Below are positions 1 to 9,640 of a DNA stretch of 31,811 nucleotides, piece by piece (within the stretch, counting starts at the first letter, position 1; every line of letters starts with the position of its first letter). Below the pieces are notes generated by a model. That model worked only from the letters and a program-made list of their open reading frames with translations. It did no database searches and had not been told where the DNA came from. Source of the DNA: Candidatus Woesearchaeota archaeon (GTDB taxonomy: Archaea; Nanobdellota; Nanobdellia; Woesearchaeales; GW2011-AR4); contig JACPMS010000042.1 of the NCBI GenBank assembly GCA_016185875.1, positions 1 through 31,811 of the forward strand, written 5' to 3'. Made by a program: the position numbers and the translations under genes.

Positions 1-1543
1 TTGCTGAATCTCCTTCAACGCCTTCATGGGTTTGCAGGAATTGAACATAGATGTCGTGCTTCTCCTTCAAATCTTCTCCAAAGTATTTCTTGATTATTGC
101 AGTCACATTTTTTATGGCTTCCTTTGCAATGTCACCGAGCTTTCCAGTTGCTATAATCTCGCTTTCTTTTCCTCCTGGCGTTACTTCTGACTCAATAGGC
201 AGAATAATTCCTGAAAAAGGCGGCACAACTCCAATAACAGCAAGGCCGTTCACCCTTCCAACTCTTTTGCCGCTTGTGACAATAACCTCATATTCTTTCT
301 TTTGCTCGATATATTTGTCAGCCAGCTGCTGCTCAAGGGTCCTTGCAATTTTCTTGGCTCCAACAATGTGTTTTTTCATAACAAGCTTTGATTTTTCTTC
401 CATAGCCATGTCGCCAGCAGCCCTTATCAGGCCGCCAAGCTCCCTTAGCCTTAATGTTAAGTGCCCTTTTCTGTTGGCCCTTCTTCTTGCTTCTTCAACA
501 ATCGCCTCAACAGCTTCCCTGCTGAAATGCGGGATTTTTTTGTCTTTTACAACTTCCTGCGCAACAAAAACAGCAATTTTATCCCTGTTTTCTTCAGTAT
601 CTGGTATAGTTTCCTTCATGTAGACTTCATACCCATAGCCGGAAATCCTGCTTCTTAGCGCAGGATGCATGTGCTTGATTGTTTCAAGGTTGCCTGCAGC
701 GACCATTACAAAATCACACGGCACAGGCTCTGTCCTGACCATTGCGCCTGCGCTCCTCTCGCTCTGCCCGGTAATTGCAAATTTCTTTTCCTGCAAGGAA
801 GACAGCAATTCCTGCTGCGTTGCCGGCTGCAAAGTTGCAATCTCGTCAATAAATAGCACCCCCATATGGGATTTGTGGATCATCCCTGCAACAACCCTTT
901 CATGAGCTGGAGTGCCCAAGCCTCCGCTTTGGAAGGGGTCATGCAAGACATCCCCAAGCAAGGCGCCTGCATGCGCTCCGGTTGCATCATTGAAAGGAGA
1001 CTGTTTTCTCCTGTAATTGTCAACAATAAGCCTTGGTATCTTTACCCTGTTCTCCATTCTTTTGCCCAGGTTGAGGAATATTGCAAATGCAACCAAAAAA
1101 ACAGTGCCTCCCAAAAAGAATGCAGCAAACATTATGTCGGATTTGTAATAAGAGCGCGCCCACCACGGAGCAAACATCGCAATAAGCACCAGAATGAACA
1201 TAATGATGTTCTGGTTCTTGAACATGGTCATGCTTTGCAGCCTTGCCTTTGCTATCAAATCCCTGCCTTGCCCAGCTGGAATTGTCCTTATCAATGGCAT
1301 GTTCTCGTCATTTGGATTTGGGAATGAAACAATGTCGACAAGCTTTTCCATCGGCAAAAGCTCTGCCAAAGCAAAGCCAAGCATTGACTTGCCGGTGCCG
1401 GGCTCGCCAATCAACAGAACATGCCTTCTCTGCTGGGCTGCCTTCTTTACGACTTCAACACCTTCATCCTGGCCTATGACCTGGTCTATGAGCCTTTTAG
1501 GTATCTTTATATCTGCAGTTGAATTGAATTTTAAGCTAGCCAT
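1..1543 (-). CDS. lonB: ATP-dependent Lon protease, archaeal membrane-bound LonB type (3' end runs off the window)
   Basis: Not in the ORF track because it has no stop in the window. Manual translation from ATG at 1543 gives MASLKFNSTADIKIPKRLIDQVIGQ..., Walker A GEPGTGKS, a transmembrane insert, Walker B VLFIDEI and catalytic-Ser region HDIYVQFLQTHEGVEGDSA at the left edge. Confidence 0.95.
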   Translation of the reverse strand, partial: MASLKFNSTADIKIPKRLIDQVIGQDEGVEVVKKAAQQRRHVLLIGEPGTGKSMLGFALAELLPMEKLVDIVSFPNPNDENMPLIRTIPAGQGRDLIAKARLQSMTMFKNQNIIMFILVLIAMFAPWWARSYYKSDIMFAAFFLGGTVFLVAFAIFLNLGKRMENRVKIPRLIVDNYRRKQSPFNDATGAHAGALLGDVLHDPFQSGGLGTPAHERVVAGMIHKSHMGVLFIDEIATLQPATQQELLSSLQEKKFAITGQSERSAGAMVRTEPVPCDFVMVAAGNLETIKHMHPALRSRISGYGYEVYMKETIPDTEENRDKIAVFVAQEVVKDKKIPHFSREAVEAIVEEARRRANRKGHLTLRLRELGGLIRAAGDMAMEEKSKLVMKKHIVGAKKIARTLEQQLADKYIEQKKEYEVIVTSGKRVGRVNGLAVIGVVPPFSGIILPIESEVTPGGKESEIIATGKLGDIAKEAIKNVTAIIKKYFGEDLKEKHDIYVQFLQTHEGVEGDSA

Positions 1544-3594
1544 CCCGCTATTGTAAGTGTTTGTGCATTTTTAAAGGTTGCGTTTAATTCCTGCAAATCC
1601 TTAACCATATAAACCCCTTCCAATTCGTAGCCAATCTTTCTAAAGTATTCTCTCGCTCCGATTCCAGATAGAATAACCATCTTGTCTTTGCCGTTTTGCC
1701 TTGCAATCTCTTCTGCTTTAATTAAAAGAGACCTTCCTATGCCCTTGTGTTGAAAAGATGCTTCATCTTTTTTTCCAATCTGGACTGACGGGGAAAACAC
1801 ATGCAATTCCCTTATTAATGCAGAATCTTTTGTGATTTCATCCCTTAAAAACTGCGATGGAAACCTCAGCCTGCAAAAGCCAAACAAGACATCATTTGCC
1901 AAATCCTCTGCTGCAATGAAAATTTCTTTTCCTTGAGATGCTTCGTATTCCGTGACTGTTGTTTGGATATTATTAAAATTTATTTTTTTATTGCTTTTAA
2001 TGAAAAATCCAGCTTCCCTGCACCTAATGCATTTGCATTTGATATTTTTTTCAATGCAAATTTTTTCAACATACTGCCTCAAATTTGTTCGGTCAACTCC
2101 GGAAGCTGTCACAAATGTCGGTATGTCCCTTTGAACTCGCATTATCCTGCACCATTTTGGGACATGCTGCTTTGCCCCTGCTATTATTCCTGCTGCTTCT
2201 TTTGTGGTCAATGGAGTGAATTTTCCAGCTTTCCAATCCTCATATAATTTTGTTCCTTCCATCACCATGCAAGGGTAAATCTTCAGCATGTCTGGACGAT
2301 AATCGGGATTTTCAAATAATTGCTTTAAGCCATGCAAATCCATCTCTTTTGTCGTCAGAGGAAGCCCTGGCATATAATGGGCATTAATTTTGAATCCCAA
2401 GTCCTTCAAAATACTTATCGACTCGATGTTGTCATTGACTGTATTGCCCCTGCTAGTTGCTTCAAGAACATCGTCATAAATGCTTTGCACTCCAATTTCA
2501 ACCCTTGTGCACCCCAATTCCAGCATCAAATTCCCATGATAGAGCTTTCCAAAGTCGCTTTTTGTCTCTATAGTCAAGCCGACGCACCTTATAAAAGAAG
2601 TTTCATTTTCTTTCTGCATTTGTTTTAATGTAATATTTTTGTTGTCTTCATTATTTAATTTTTGTTGAATATGTTTAATTGAAGTGGTATTTGGATTTTG
2701 AATCGAATTTTCAATGATGCTTAGTTTTGTATTTTGTTCTGACACATTTATTTCATTTGCATTATTGTACTCTATCTTTCTTAACGCATTAAAATTTTGA
2801 ACATTATTTATTTTAAAAAAATCACCTATAAAAACATCATCTCCAAAAAACAAATACTCCGCTTTTTCCTTAACTTTCAAATTATTTAAATCCAAGTTTT
2901 TGATGTACAATAGTTTTTGCTGGGTTTTTTTAATTCTTTTATCCTCTTCGCTTAATACTCTGGGAAGTTCAAAGAATTTCTTGAATTTCAAAATATCCAG
3001 GTTTCCATCCTTGCTAAAAAACAATCTTGAGAAGTCGTTCATCGCCTTCAGCGCGTATTTGACAAAATATTCCTGATAAGCCTTTGGGAAAAAAGTGAAT
3101 GTCCCGCCCTGAATGATTATTTCAGCCTTGTCCGGCACTCTGCCCATGGCAACATAATGCTCAAGCCTGTTGAACACAATCAGGTAAGGGTCATAACTGT
3201 TTCTTATCGCCCTTCTTGTTGACGGCTCTTTTCCTGTATAGCTTTGGGGAACATTGCCAAATGCAGAGCCAGGCCCGCCAGGGCAGTACGTGCAAGGGCC
3301 GATGCCCTGCATGGTATGGGGGCAAGGATAAGGCTCTGACATCAATGCAATTGGCGCAACCCCGCTTATTGTCCTTACTGGCTTTAGGGAAAGCAGCTCC
3401 TTGAATTTTTCCCTTTCATTATCAGAAGCTGCAAGGTAAATATCGGCATTTTTCGGTATTTGTTTTAAGTTCGCCTTTGACTTATATTTACTCAATATTT
3501 TTAATTTTGTTTGGGTTAATTCATGTTGTGTTTTAATACTATTTTTTTTTAGTTCTTCTAGTATTTCAACACATACTTGTTGGAATTTGTCCAT
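1531..3594 (-). CDS. elp3: Elp3 tRNA wobble-uridine acetyltransferase (radical SAM + GNAT) with an AT-rich in-frame insertion
   Basis: CPH...CTYCPGG cluster motif, QSYTGKEP, RVEIGVQS, KIYPC, RVQRDIP, ALIRELHV, FQHKGIG. Overlaps the lonB start by 13 nt. Confidence 0.95.
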   Translation of the reverse strand: MDKFQQVCVEILEELKKNSIKTQHELTQTKLKILSKYKSKANLKQIPKNADIYLAASDNEREKFKELLSLKPVRTISGVAPIALMSEPYPCPHTMQGIGPCTYCPGGPGSAFGNVPQSYTGKEPSTRRAIRNSYDPYLIVFNRLEHYVAMGRVPDKAEIIIQGGTFTFFPKAYQEYFVKYALKAMNDFSRLFFSKDGNLDILKFKKFFELPRVLSEEDKRIKKTQQKLLYIKNLDLNNLKVKEKAEYLFFGDDVFIGDFFKINNVQNFNALRKIEYNNANEINVSEQNTKLSIIENSIQNPNTTSIKHIQQKLNNEDNKNITLKQMQKENETSFIRCVGLTIETKSDFGKLYHGNLMLELGCTRVEIGVQSIYDDVLEATSRGNTVNDNIESISILKDLGFKINAHYMPGLPLTTKEMDLHGLKQLFENPDYRPDMLKIYPCMVMEGTKLYEDWKAGKFTPLTTKEAAGIIAGAKQHVPKWCRIMRVQRDIPTFVTASGVDRTNLRQYVEKICIEKNIKCKCIRCREAGFFIKSNKKINFNNIQTTVTEYEASQGKEIFIAAEDLANDVLFGFCRLRFPSQFLRDEITKDSALIRELHVFSPSVQIGKKDEASFQHKGIGRSLLIKAEEIARQNGKDKMVILSGIGAREYFRKIGYELEGVYMVKDLQELNATFKNAQTLTIAGWLA

Positions 3595-3649
3595 AAATCA
3601 TAGGATTAAATTTTTGATATATAAATGTTCACTTAATGCCATGGCTAAA

Positions 3650-4228
3650 CTAAATATTGTTTCCAATGATAAGAATAACAAAAATCCCAGCAGTATTCAA
3701 AATATAGGAGATAACAGAAAATATTTTCATTGAAATTGTTTTGGAAGCAACCAATAACGAAACTCCAATTTCGTCTGGTAACGGAGAAGCGATTATAAAA
3801 CCAGCTAAAACAGGTACAAGATATTTTTTAAAGATATTGGGAGTTTTGTGATTCAAATACAAAACAATTTTTTCTTTTGACAATTTTTTAAGTTCAGTAT
3901 CTAAGGAATATCTAACAAACATAAAAATAATCAAGTCCCCTGTTAAAGCGCCGAAGCCGCCAATAATGCCGGCTAAAAGAATATTTTGCTCTTTTGCTAA
4001 AATCAATAAGATGGCTGTTGCTGGCGCTGCAGTAAAACCATAAGCAAATAATGCGCCAGCCAAAAATGTGCCAACGTAACCGATTGAAATGATAAAATTG
4101 TGAAATGGTTGGTAATTCCTTTCATAGAATAAAAGGTATGCAATCATGAAAGTTATAATCAATAATAAAAATTTAGGATATTTTATTAATAGTCTATTTA
4201 CAGAATTTTTATTCCTGTTTTTAATCAT
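3650..4228 (-). CDS. Multi-pass membrane protein, possibly DedA/VTT-like
   Basis: 192 aa with several hydrophobic helices and IIASPLPDEIGV. Directly downstream of the P-type ATPase. Confidence 0.6.
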   Translation of the reverse strand: MIKNRNKNSVNRLLIKYPKFLLLIITFMIAYLLFYERNYQPFHNFIISIGYVGTFLAGALFAYGFTAAPATAILLILAKEQNILLAGIIGGFGALTGDLIIFMFVRYSLDTELKKLSKEKIVLYLNHKTPNIFKKYLVPVLAGFIIASPLPDEIGVSLLVASKTISMKIFSVISYILNTAGIFVILIIGNNI

Positions 4229-4245
4229 TTTGTTTTTTATTTTTT

Positions 4246-6870
4246 CTAAGCTTCTATTAGCTCTTTTTTTGATTTAATGTATTTTGATATCTCAATTGTA
4301 ATCGCCCCAATACTTGATACCAATACTATGAAAATAAACTCAAAAATGCTTAATGGCGACATATCCAAAAACTTTCCAAAGGAAGGAATAAATATCGAGG
4401 TAACAACCACACTAAATGAGCTTAAAACTGCCAAAATCAAAAATTTATTTTTGAAGATCCCTACTTTGACTGCAGGATAAATTGTTGAGCGTGAGGCAAA
4501 TGCTTGATAAAGCTCAAACATGCTAATTGTTAGAAAGGTTGCTGTCTGTGCCTGAAAAAGATTTTCTTTTATAAAATAAAACCAGCTGAAAATTAATAAA
4601 GCAGTAATAGTCATAACAATTGGATAATATACAAGAAATGGGTTAAGCCCTTTGAATATCGGCTCGTCTTGTTTGCGCGGCTTTCTTGACATTGCATTTG
4701 GTTCGTAAGGGTCGGCACTTAATGCAAGGGCAGGCAAACCGTCTGTAACGAGGTTGATAAGCAATATCTGAGTAGCTGTTAATGGCAAAGGAAGTCCAAA
4801 AATAATTCCAAGGAATATTATTAGAACTTCGCCTATATTGCCTGATAGAAGAAAACCAATGTATTTTCTTATGTTATCATATACACCACGTCCTTCTTCA
4901 ACTGCATTTACTATAGATGCAAAATTGTCATCTGTTAATATCATTGCGCTTGCTTCCTTGCTCACATCGGTCCCTGTAATTCCCATTGCAATTCCAATAT
5001 CAGCTTTCTTTAATGCAGGTGCATCGTTTACGCCATCGCCAGTCATCGCAACAATATGTCCTTTTTTCTTCAATGCATCAACTATCTTTATCTTGTGCTC
5101 CGGATTTACTCTGGCGTATATTGAAATGTCCGCAACCCAGTCATCAAGATTTTTTATTTCATCAAGCTGCTGCCCATTTATAACTTTCCCGCTTAATCCA
5201 ATTTCTTTTGCAACAGCCCTTGCAGTTATTTCATGATCCCCCGTAATCATGATTACTTTAATGCCTGCTTTTTTGCATTTCTCAATGGCTATTTTTACCT
5301 CTTCTCTTGGAGGGTCAATCATTCCCTGCAATCCTGCAAAGATAAGGTTTTTTTCAGGATCTTTATCAGTAACAATGGTCTTGTAAGCAAAACCAAGGAC
5401 CCTTAACGCTTCATCAGCAAATTCTTTGTTTGTTTCAAGAATCTCTCTTTTCATTTCTTCGGTTAATTTCTCGGTCATTCCATTTATGCAGATATAATTG
5501 CACTGCTTTAGCACAACTTCAGGGGCGCCTTTGACAAAAGCAATTTTTTCGCCATGATGCTTATGCACAGTTGTCATCATCTTTCTTTCGCTTGTGAATT
5601 CTATTTCTTCAACCCTGGGCCACTCTAATTCCAAGTCTTCTTTCATTAAGCCAGCCTTTGCGGCGCTTACAATCAAACACCCTTCAGTCGGGTCGCCAAT
5701 CAAGTTGCTGTCTTTTAGCTCAGCATTGTTGTTTAAAGCGCCAATTCTCAAGAGAAACTCTACCTCATCAAATCCAATTTGCTTGTTTTTATACAAGAAT
5801 TGCCCTTTTGTTTCATAGCCTGTCCCGGTAACTTCAACAACTTTGCCATTGACGAATAATTTTTTAACCGTCATCTCATTTGCTGTTAATGTGCCTGTCT
5901 TGTCAGTGCATATGACGGTTGTAGAGCCAAGAGTTTCAACGCTTGGCAATCTTCTTACCAGCGCATTTCGCTTAAGCATTCTTTGCGTGCCTAATGCGAG
6001 AGCCATGGTGACAATTGCAAGCAAAGCCTCTGGAATTGCAGCTACCGCTACAGCAACGGCAACTATCAAATTATCGAGCAAAGATTTTTCTTGAAAGATG
6101 CTTGCAACAGCAAAAATTATAACTGCAATTGCCATCACAACTTTCCCAATCAATTTTCCAAGATCATCCATCTTCTTTTGCAAAGGAGTAGGCTCAGGCT
6201 TAACCTCTTCCATCATAGTTGCTATTTTGCCAATTTCTGTTTGCATTCCTGTTGTTATAACAACAGCTTTTGCCCTTCCGCTAACAACAATAGTACTAGA
6301 AAATACAATATTCTTCATGTCAGCAATTGGAATTTTTTCCGGCAGAGCATCCGTGTTTTTCTTTACCGGCTGCGACTCGCCTGTCAAAGCAGCTTCCTGC
6401 GTTTGAAAATTGATTGCCTCAAATAATCGCGCATCAGCTGGAACTTTATCGCCTGTTTCCAGAACAATGATGTCGCCTGGCGCAATTTGCCTTGCATCAA
6501 CCTCCTTTTTTTGGCCATCTCTGATTACGGTTGCTTTTAGCGAAGCGAGTTTTTTCAAAGCCTCAATTGACTTTTCTGCGCGGTACTCCAGAATAAAACC
6601 CAAAACTGAAATTAGAATAATTATTACTAGAATTACAATAGCGTCAATGTATTCTTTAAGAAAAGCAGATATAATTGTCGCTGCAATCAAAATCCACACT
6701 ACAACGCTATTAAACTGCTCAATGAAAATTTTCAGGGGAGAAATCCTTTTTTCTTCCTTAATTTCATTTAAGCCGTATTGCTTCAGCCTTTCATCTGCCT
6801 CTGGCTGGGAAATGCCTTTATCTGTTACCTTTAATTCTTTGAAAACTTCGCTTATTGGTTTGTGGTGCAT
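4246..6870 (-). CDS. P-type cation-transporting ATPase (type II, Ca2+-ATPase-like)
   Basis: TGES, PEAL, DKTGTLT phosphorylation site, KGAPE, MITGD, TGDGVNDAPALKKADIG. Confidence 0.95.
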   Translation of the reverse strand: MHHKPISEVFKELKVTDKGISQPEADERLKQYGLNEIKEEKRISPLKIFIEQFNSVVVWILIAATIISAFLKEYIDAIVILVIIILISVLGFILEYRAEKSIEALKKLASLKATVIRDGQKKEVDARQIAPGDIIVLETGDKVPADARLFEAINFQTQEAALTGESQPVKKNTDALPEKIPIADMKNIVFSSTIVVSGRAKAVVITTGMQTEIGKIATMMEEVKPEPTPLQKKMDDLGKLIGKVVMAIAVIIFAVASIFQEKSLLDNLIVAVAVAVAAIPEALLAIVTMALALGTQRMLKRNALVRRLPSVETLGSTTVICTDKTGTLTANEMTVKKLFVNGKVVEVTGTGYETKGQFLYKNKQIGFDEVEFLLRIGALNNNAELKDSNLIGDPTEGCLIVSAAKAGLMKEDLELEWPRVEEIEFTSERKMMTTVHKHHGEKIAFVKGAPEVVLKQCNYICINGMTEKLTEEMKREILETNKEFADEALRVLGFAYKTIVTDKDPEKNLIFAGLQGMIDPPREEVKIAIEKCKKAGIKVIMITGDHEITARAVAKEIGLSGKVINGQQLDEIKNLDDWVADISIYARVNPEHKIKIVDALKKKGHIVAMTGDGVNDAPALKKADIGIAMGITGTDVSKEASAMILTDDNFASIVNAVEEGRGVYDNIRKYIGFLLSGNIGEVLIIFLGIIFGLPLPLTATQILLINLVTDGLPALALSADPYEPNAMSRKPRKQDEPIFKGLNPFLVYYPIVMTITALLIFSWFYFIKENLFQAQTATFLTISMFELYQAFASRSTIYPAVKVGIFKNKFLILAVLSSFSVVVTSIFIPSFGKFLDMSPLSIFEFIFIVLVSSIGAITIEISKYIKSKKELIEA

Positions 6871-6874
6871 TGTA

Positions 6875-7219
6875 TCAGAAATAACCGCTCTTGCTCACGT
6901 TGTCCTCCTTCGGCTTTGTTTTCATGTCCTTCAATTTTATCATGAAATATTCCAGGCAGTCCAGGCCGCAGAAGCTTGCCTTCTTCTTGAAGTCGTCAGG
7001 CCCGAATACCAAAGTGTAGTTGTTTGTCTTGTAAAAGTCCAAGTCATTCGAGCATGTTGCGCATACTTTCTCGTGCTCTTTCAGCTTCCTTTTAATTTTT
7101 TCTTCCAGCAATCTTTTTAAGGTTATTGCTCCTGTGTCCAAGTCGCTCTTGAAGCGCATCAATTCATTGTAATCCAGTATTTCTATTACCTCTTCAAATC
7201 TTCTGCTCATCTGCCTCAC
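6875..7219 (-). CDS. Hypothetical protein with C-terminal TRASH-like metal-binding motif
   Basis: CATC...FCGLDC cysteine pattern. Co-oriented and 4 nt upstream of the ATPase start. Confidence 0.6.
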   Translation of the reverse strand: MRQMSRRFEEVIEILDYNELMRFKSDLDTGAITLKRLLEEKIKRKLKEHEKVCATCSNDLDFYKTNNYTLVFGPDDFKKKASFCGLDCLEYFMIKLKDMKTKPKEDNVSKSGYF

Positions 7220-7346
7220 CTTTTTTCAATAATTTTTTAGTTTATGCTGATTGTTATTGCAAGGGTTACAGCAATTTTCCTGCTTGAAATCCCGCACGGC
7301 GCGCTATTTTTTTATTCTGCCATCAAATTTTATACAACAAAATTCA

Positions 7347-7517
7347 CTATTTTCCTCCTGCCATTTCCTCAAATTTTACGTACCATTTGTTTGCCTCTTC
7401 ATCATAGGCAAAAACAACATTGTATTTCCTGCTCTTGTCAAGCGCAAACAGAAGAGGCATTGGGATTGTAGTCTCGTAGCTAGAGCCGCGCTTGTAGAGC
7501 TTTCTTTTGAACTCCAT
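7347..7517 (-). CDS. Small AbrB/MazE-like DNA-binding protein (56 aa)
   Basis: Manual translation MEFKRKLYKRGSSYETTIPMPLLFALDKSRKYNVVFAYDEEANKWYVKFEEMAGGK. RKLxKxGSSxxxTIP is the swapped-hairpin signature. Below the ORF-track cutoff. Confidence 0.7.
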   Translation of the reverse strand: MEFKRKLYKRGSSYETTIPMPLLFALDKSRKYNVVFAYDEEANKWYVKFEEMAGGK

Positions 7518-7641
7518 TTTTCTTATTTTTTTACTTATTCTAATACTTATATATAAATTTTGCTATTTAAATTTCCAAAACAGGCAAGAAATATACTTAT
7601 TTTATAACTTATTTAAATACTTATTCAATTTGAGAAAAGTT

Positions 7642-7716
7642 TTGTCGCCTTTAGTGGACTTAATCATATTTTTTACCTCTTGTCGCATTAGTGGACTTTG
7701 TTAAAACAAAGCGACA
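7642..7716. repeat. Imperfect direct repeat plus inverted copy in a divergent intergenic region
   Basis: TTGTCGCCTTTAGTGGACTT (7642-7661), TTGTCGCATTAGTGGACTT (7680-7698), inverted GCGACA (7711-7716). Confidence 0.6.
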
Positions 7717-7876
7717 GTTTTATATATTGGATGATATTTAAGAATCCTTCTTAACAAAATGATAACAAAAACAAAATCAAAGGATTGGGTAGATGCATTG
7801 TTTCAAAATGTAGATGAGTTAAAAAGTGGAGATGATGATATTAGCTGGATTTTTGAATTTTTAGGCTGGAGTAAAT

Positions 7877-8122
7877 ATGGGAAAAGAGGCAGAAGAGGAA
7901 CCAAAAGTAATTGGTAAATTTGCTTTAGGGATTCTTTTATGCAGATATTCTAATGGAAAAGTTGAATTTCGATTTCAAAGCAAAAATCAGAATATTCCAA
8001 TTGAAATAATTTTAACACAAGTAAGGGCTTGGTTGCGAAATCAGGAAAATATGTATTTTGATAACTTTGACAAGCATACTCCTCATTCTCAAGGAGATTT
8101 TCCTGATGAAGATGAAAAGTAA
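7877..8122 (+). CDS. Hypothetical protein (AT-rich orphan)
   Basis: 81-aa ORF with protein-like composition, upstream of and co-oriented with dtdA. Confidence 0.5.
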   Translation: MGKEAEEEPKVIGKFALGILLCRYSNGKVEFRFQSKNQNIPIEIILTQVRAWLRNQENMYFDNFDKHTPHSQGDFPDEDEK

Positions 8123-8161
8123 AAGGACAAAAATCAATCCATACGACCTTATTTTTATAGA

Positions 8162-8995
8162 ATGAATATAGCAATCATCTCATCCTCCAAAGACCCTGCA
8201 GGCATCAACATAAGAAATAAGTTGATTGAGTTGTTTAATTTTGAGAAAGCTAACGGGAACTTTGATGATAATCCAATATTTCAATACGATAAAATCCAAA
8301 ACAAAATCATAAAATCATATTTAATCAATGAAGACTTGATTTTTGCAGAAAACATTGACGAAAAAATCAAAGCTGACATCTTTGTTTTCGCTTCAAAGCA
8401 CCGCTCAAAGGAAAATACGCCTTCTTTTACTGTTCATTCAATCGGCAATTGGGGCAAAGCAGAGTTTGGCGGGCAGGAAGGAAAGTTATGTTTCAGTTCT
8501 GCAATATTATTGAAAAACTTGTTTATCGAATTGAATAATGCTGCAAAAGACACAAATTATGAACTCGCAATGGAAGCAACCCATCACGGCCCATTTGTTG
8601 AGAAGCCGGCTGTTTTTGTTGAGATAGGAAGCACGGAAAAGGAGTGGAATGATGTAAAAAACGGAGAGATTATTTCCAAGACGATAATGAAGGGGTTAAA
8701 CAGCCAAAATCAGGAATATAACATTGCTGTTGGGATTGGCGGACCGCATTATTGCAGTAATTTCAATAAAATTGCTTTAAGAACAGATATTGCAGTTTCA
8801 CATATCTGCCCGAAATACCGTCTTGATAAACTAAATGAAGAGTTAATAAAACAATCAATTGCAAAAACAGTTGAGAAGGCTGATTTTGTTTTACTGGATT
8901 GGAAAGGATTGGGGACGGAAAAGCAGAGGATTTTGAATTTATTGAAAAGTTTGGATTTGGAAGTTAAGAGAACCGATAGGATTTTAATGGGTTAG
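8162..8995 (+). CDS. dtdA: D-aminoacyl-tRNA deacylase, archaeal DTD2 type
   Basis: FASKHRS, TVHSIGN, EATHHGP, FVEIGST, GIGGPHYC motifs. Confidence 0.9.
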   Translation: MNIAIISSSKDPAGINIRNKLIELFNFEKANGNFDDNPIFQYDKIQNKIIKSYLINEDLIFAENIDEKIKADIFVFASKHRSKENTPSFTVHSIGNWGKAEFGGQEGKLCFSSAILLKNLFIELNNAAKDTNYELAMEATHHGPFVEKPAVFVEIGSTEKEWNDVKNGEIISKTIMKGLNSQNQEYNIAVGIGGPHYCSNFNKIALRTDIAVSHICPKYRLDKLNEELIKQSIAKTVEKADFVLLDWKGLGTEKQRILNLLKSLDLEVKRTDRILMG

Positions 8996-9576
8996 GCTGC
9001 TTTGTTAAATGTACCCCCTTCTGTTGCAGTCTGCTGATATTCTTTTCTTAGCAGCCCCATTTTCTTGGATAATAGCTGATATTCCGTGATTATATGCTGG
9101 TGCAGGATTGTTTTAAGCTCTGGTATCTTACTTACCAATGCCGTTATTATTGGGTCTTGAACTGGCAAATCAAGAATATACCTATCGATCATCGGGCTGA
9201 TTTTTTCCATAAGCTTCATTGCAGTCGGGACATCAGTTGTTTCCTTCCATAAAAGTTCAAGAGCCTCAACTATGGTGCGGTAGTCACTTTCCCGCTCGGC
9301 TAAACTTATTCCATGCTGTTCTGTATTGCGGCGCAGTTGAGAAATTGCCTCATACAAATGAATAGCTGTTTTATGTATCTTATTTTCGTCTTGTCGAACT
9401 TCTATGTCCAGATTTCGCAATTGTCTGTCTTCTCCAATCATCTGACGTGCCAAGCTAGGTCTGTCACCTGCTGACTTTCTTATTAATGACCATATAATAA
9501 TTACAGCAACAACAATGCCTACTGCTCCACCAATATACCCTAGGTTACTACCACTAAGATAATCTTCAACTGCCAT
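8992..9576 (-). CDS. Hypothetical protein with N-terminal transmembrane helix
   Basis: 194 aa with hydrophobic N-terminus (GAVGIVVAVIIIWSLI) and helical remainder. Converges on dtdA with a 4-nt overlap. Confidence 0.6.
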   Translation of the reverse strand: MAVEDYLSGSNLGYIGGAVGIVVAVIIIWSLIRKSAGDRPSLARQMIGEDRQLRNLDIEVRQDENKIHKTAIHLYEAISQLRRNTEQHGISLAERESDYRTIVEALELLWKETTDVPTAMKLMEKISPMIDRYILDLPVQDPIITALVSKIPELKTILHQHIITEYQLLSKKMGLLRKEYQQTATEGGTFNKAA

Positions 9577-9640
9577 AAATTAAACTCTTTACAACTAAAC
9601 TTTAAATACTTTATCAAAATAAAATAAAAAAGAAATCAGT

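Noticed and set aside
1531-1543. 13-nt overlap of elp3 and lonB
   Set aside because: Short overlaps are ordinary in compact archaeal genomes.
51-1556. Plus-strand track ORFs over lonB, and similar antisense ORFs over the ATPase, rpl11, ftsZ, thermosome and gltX
   Set aside because: They are shadow frames opposite well-supported genes, with no motifs.
2635-2900. Intein or intron in elp3
   Set aside because: No Cys/Ser start, no His-Asn end, no LAGLIDADG motifs, no stops and no clear BHB at the borders.
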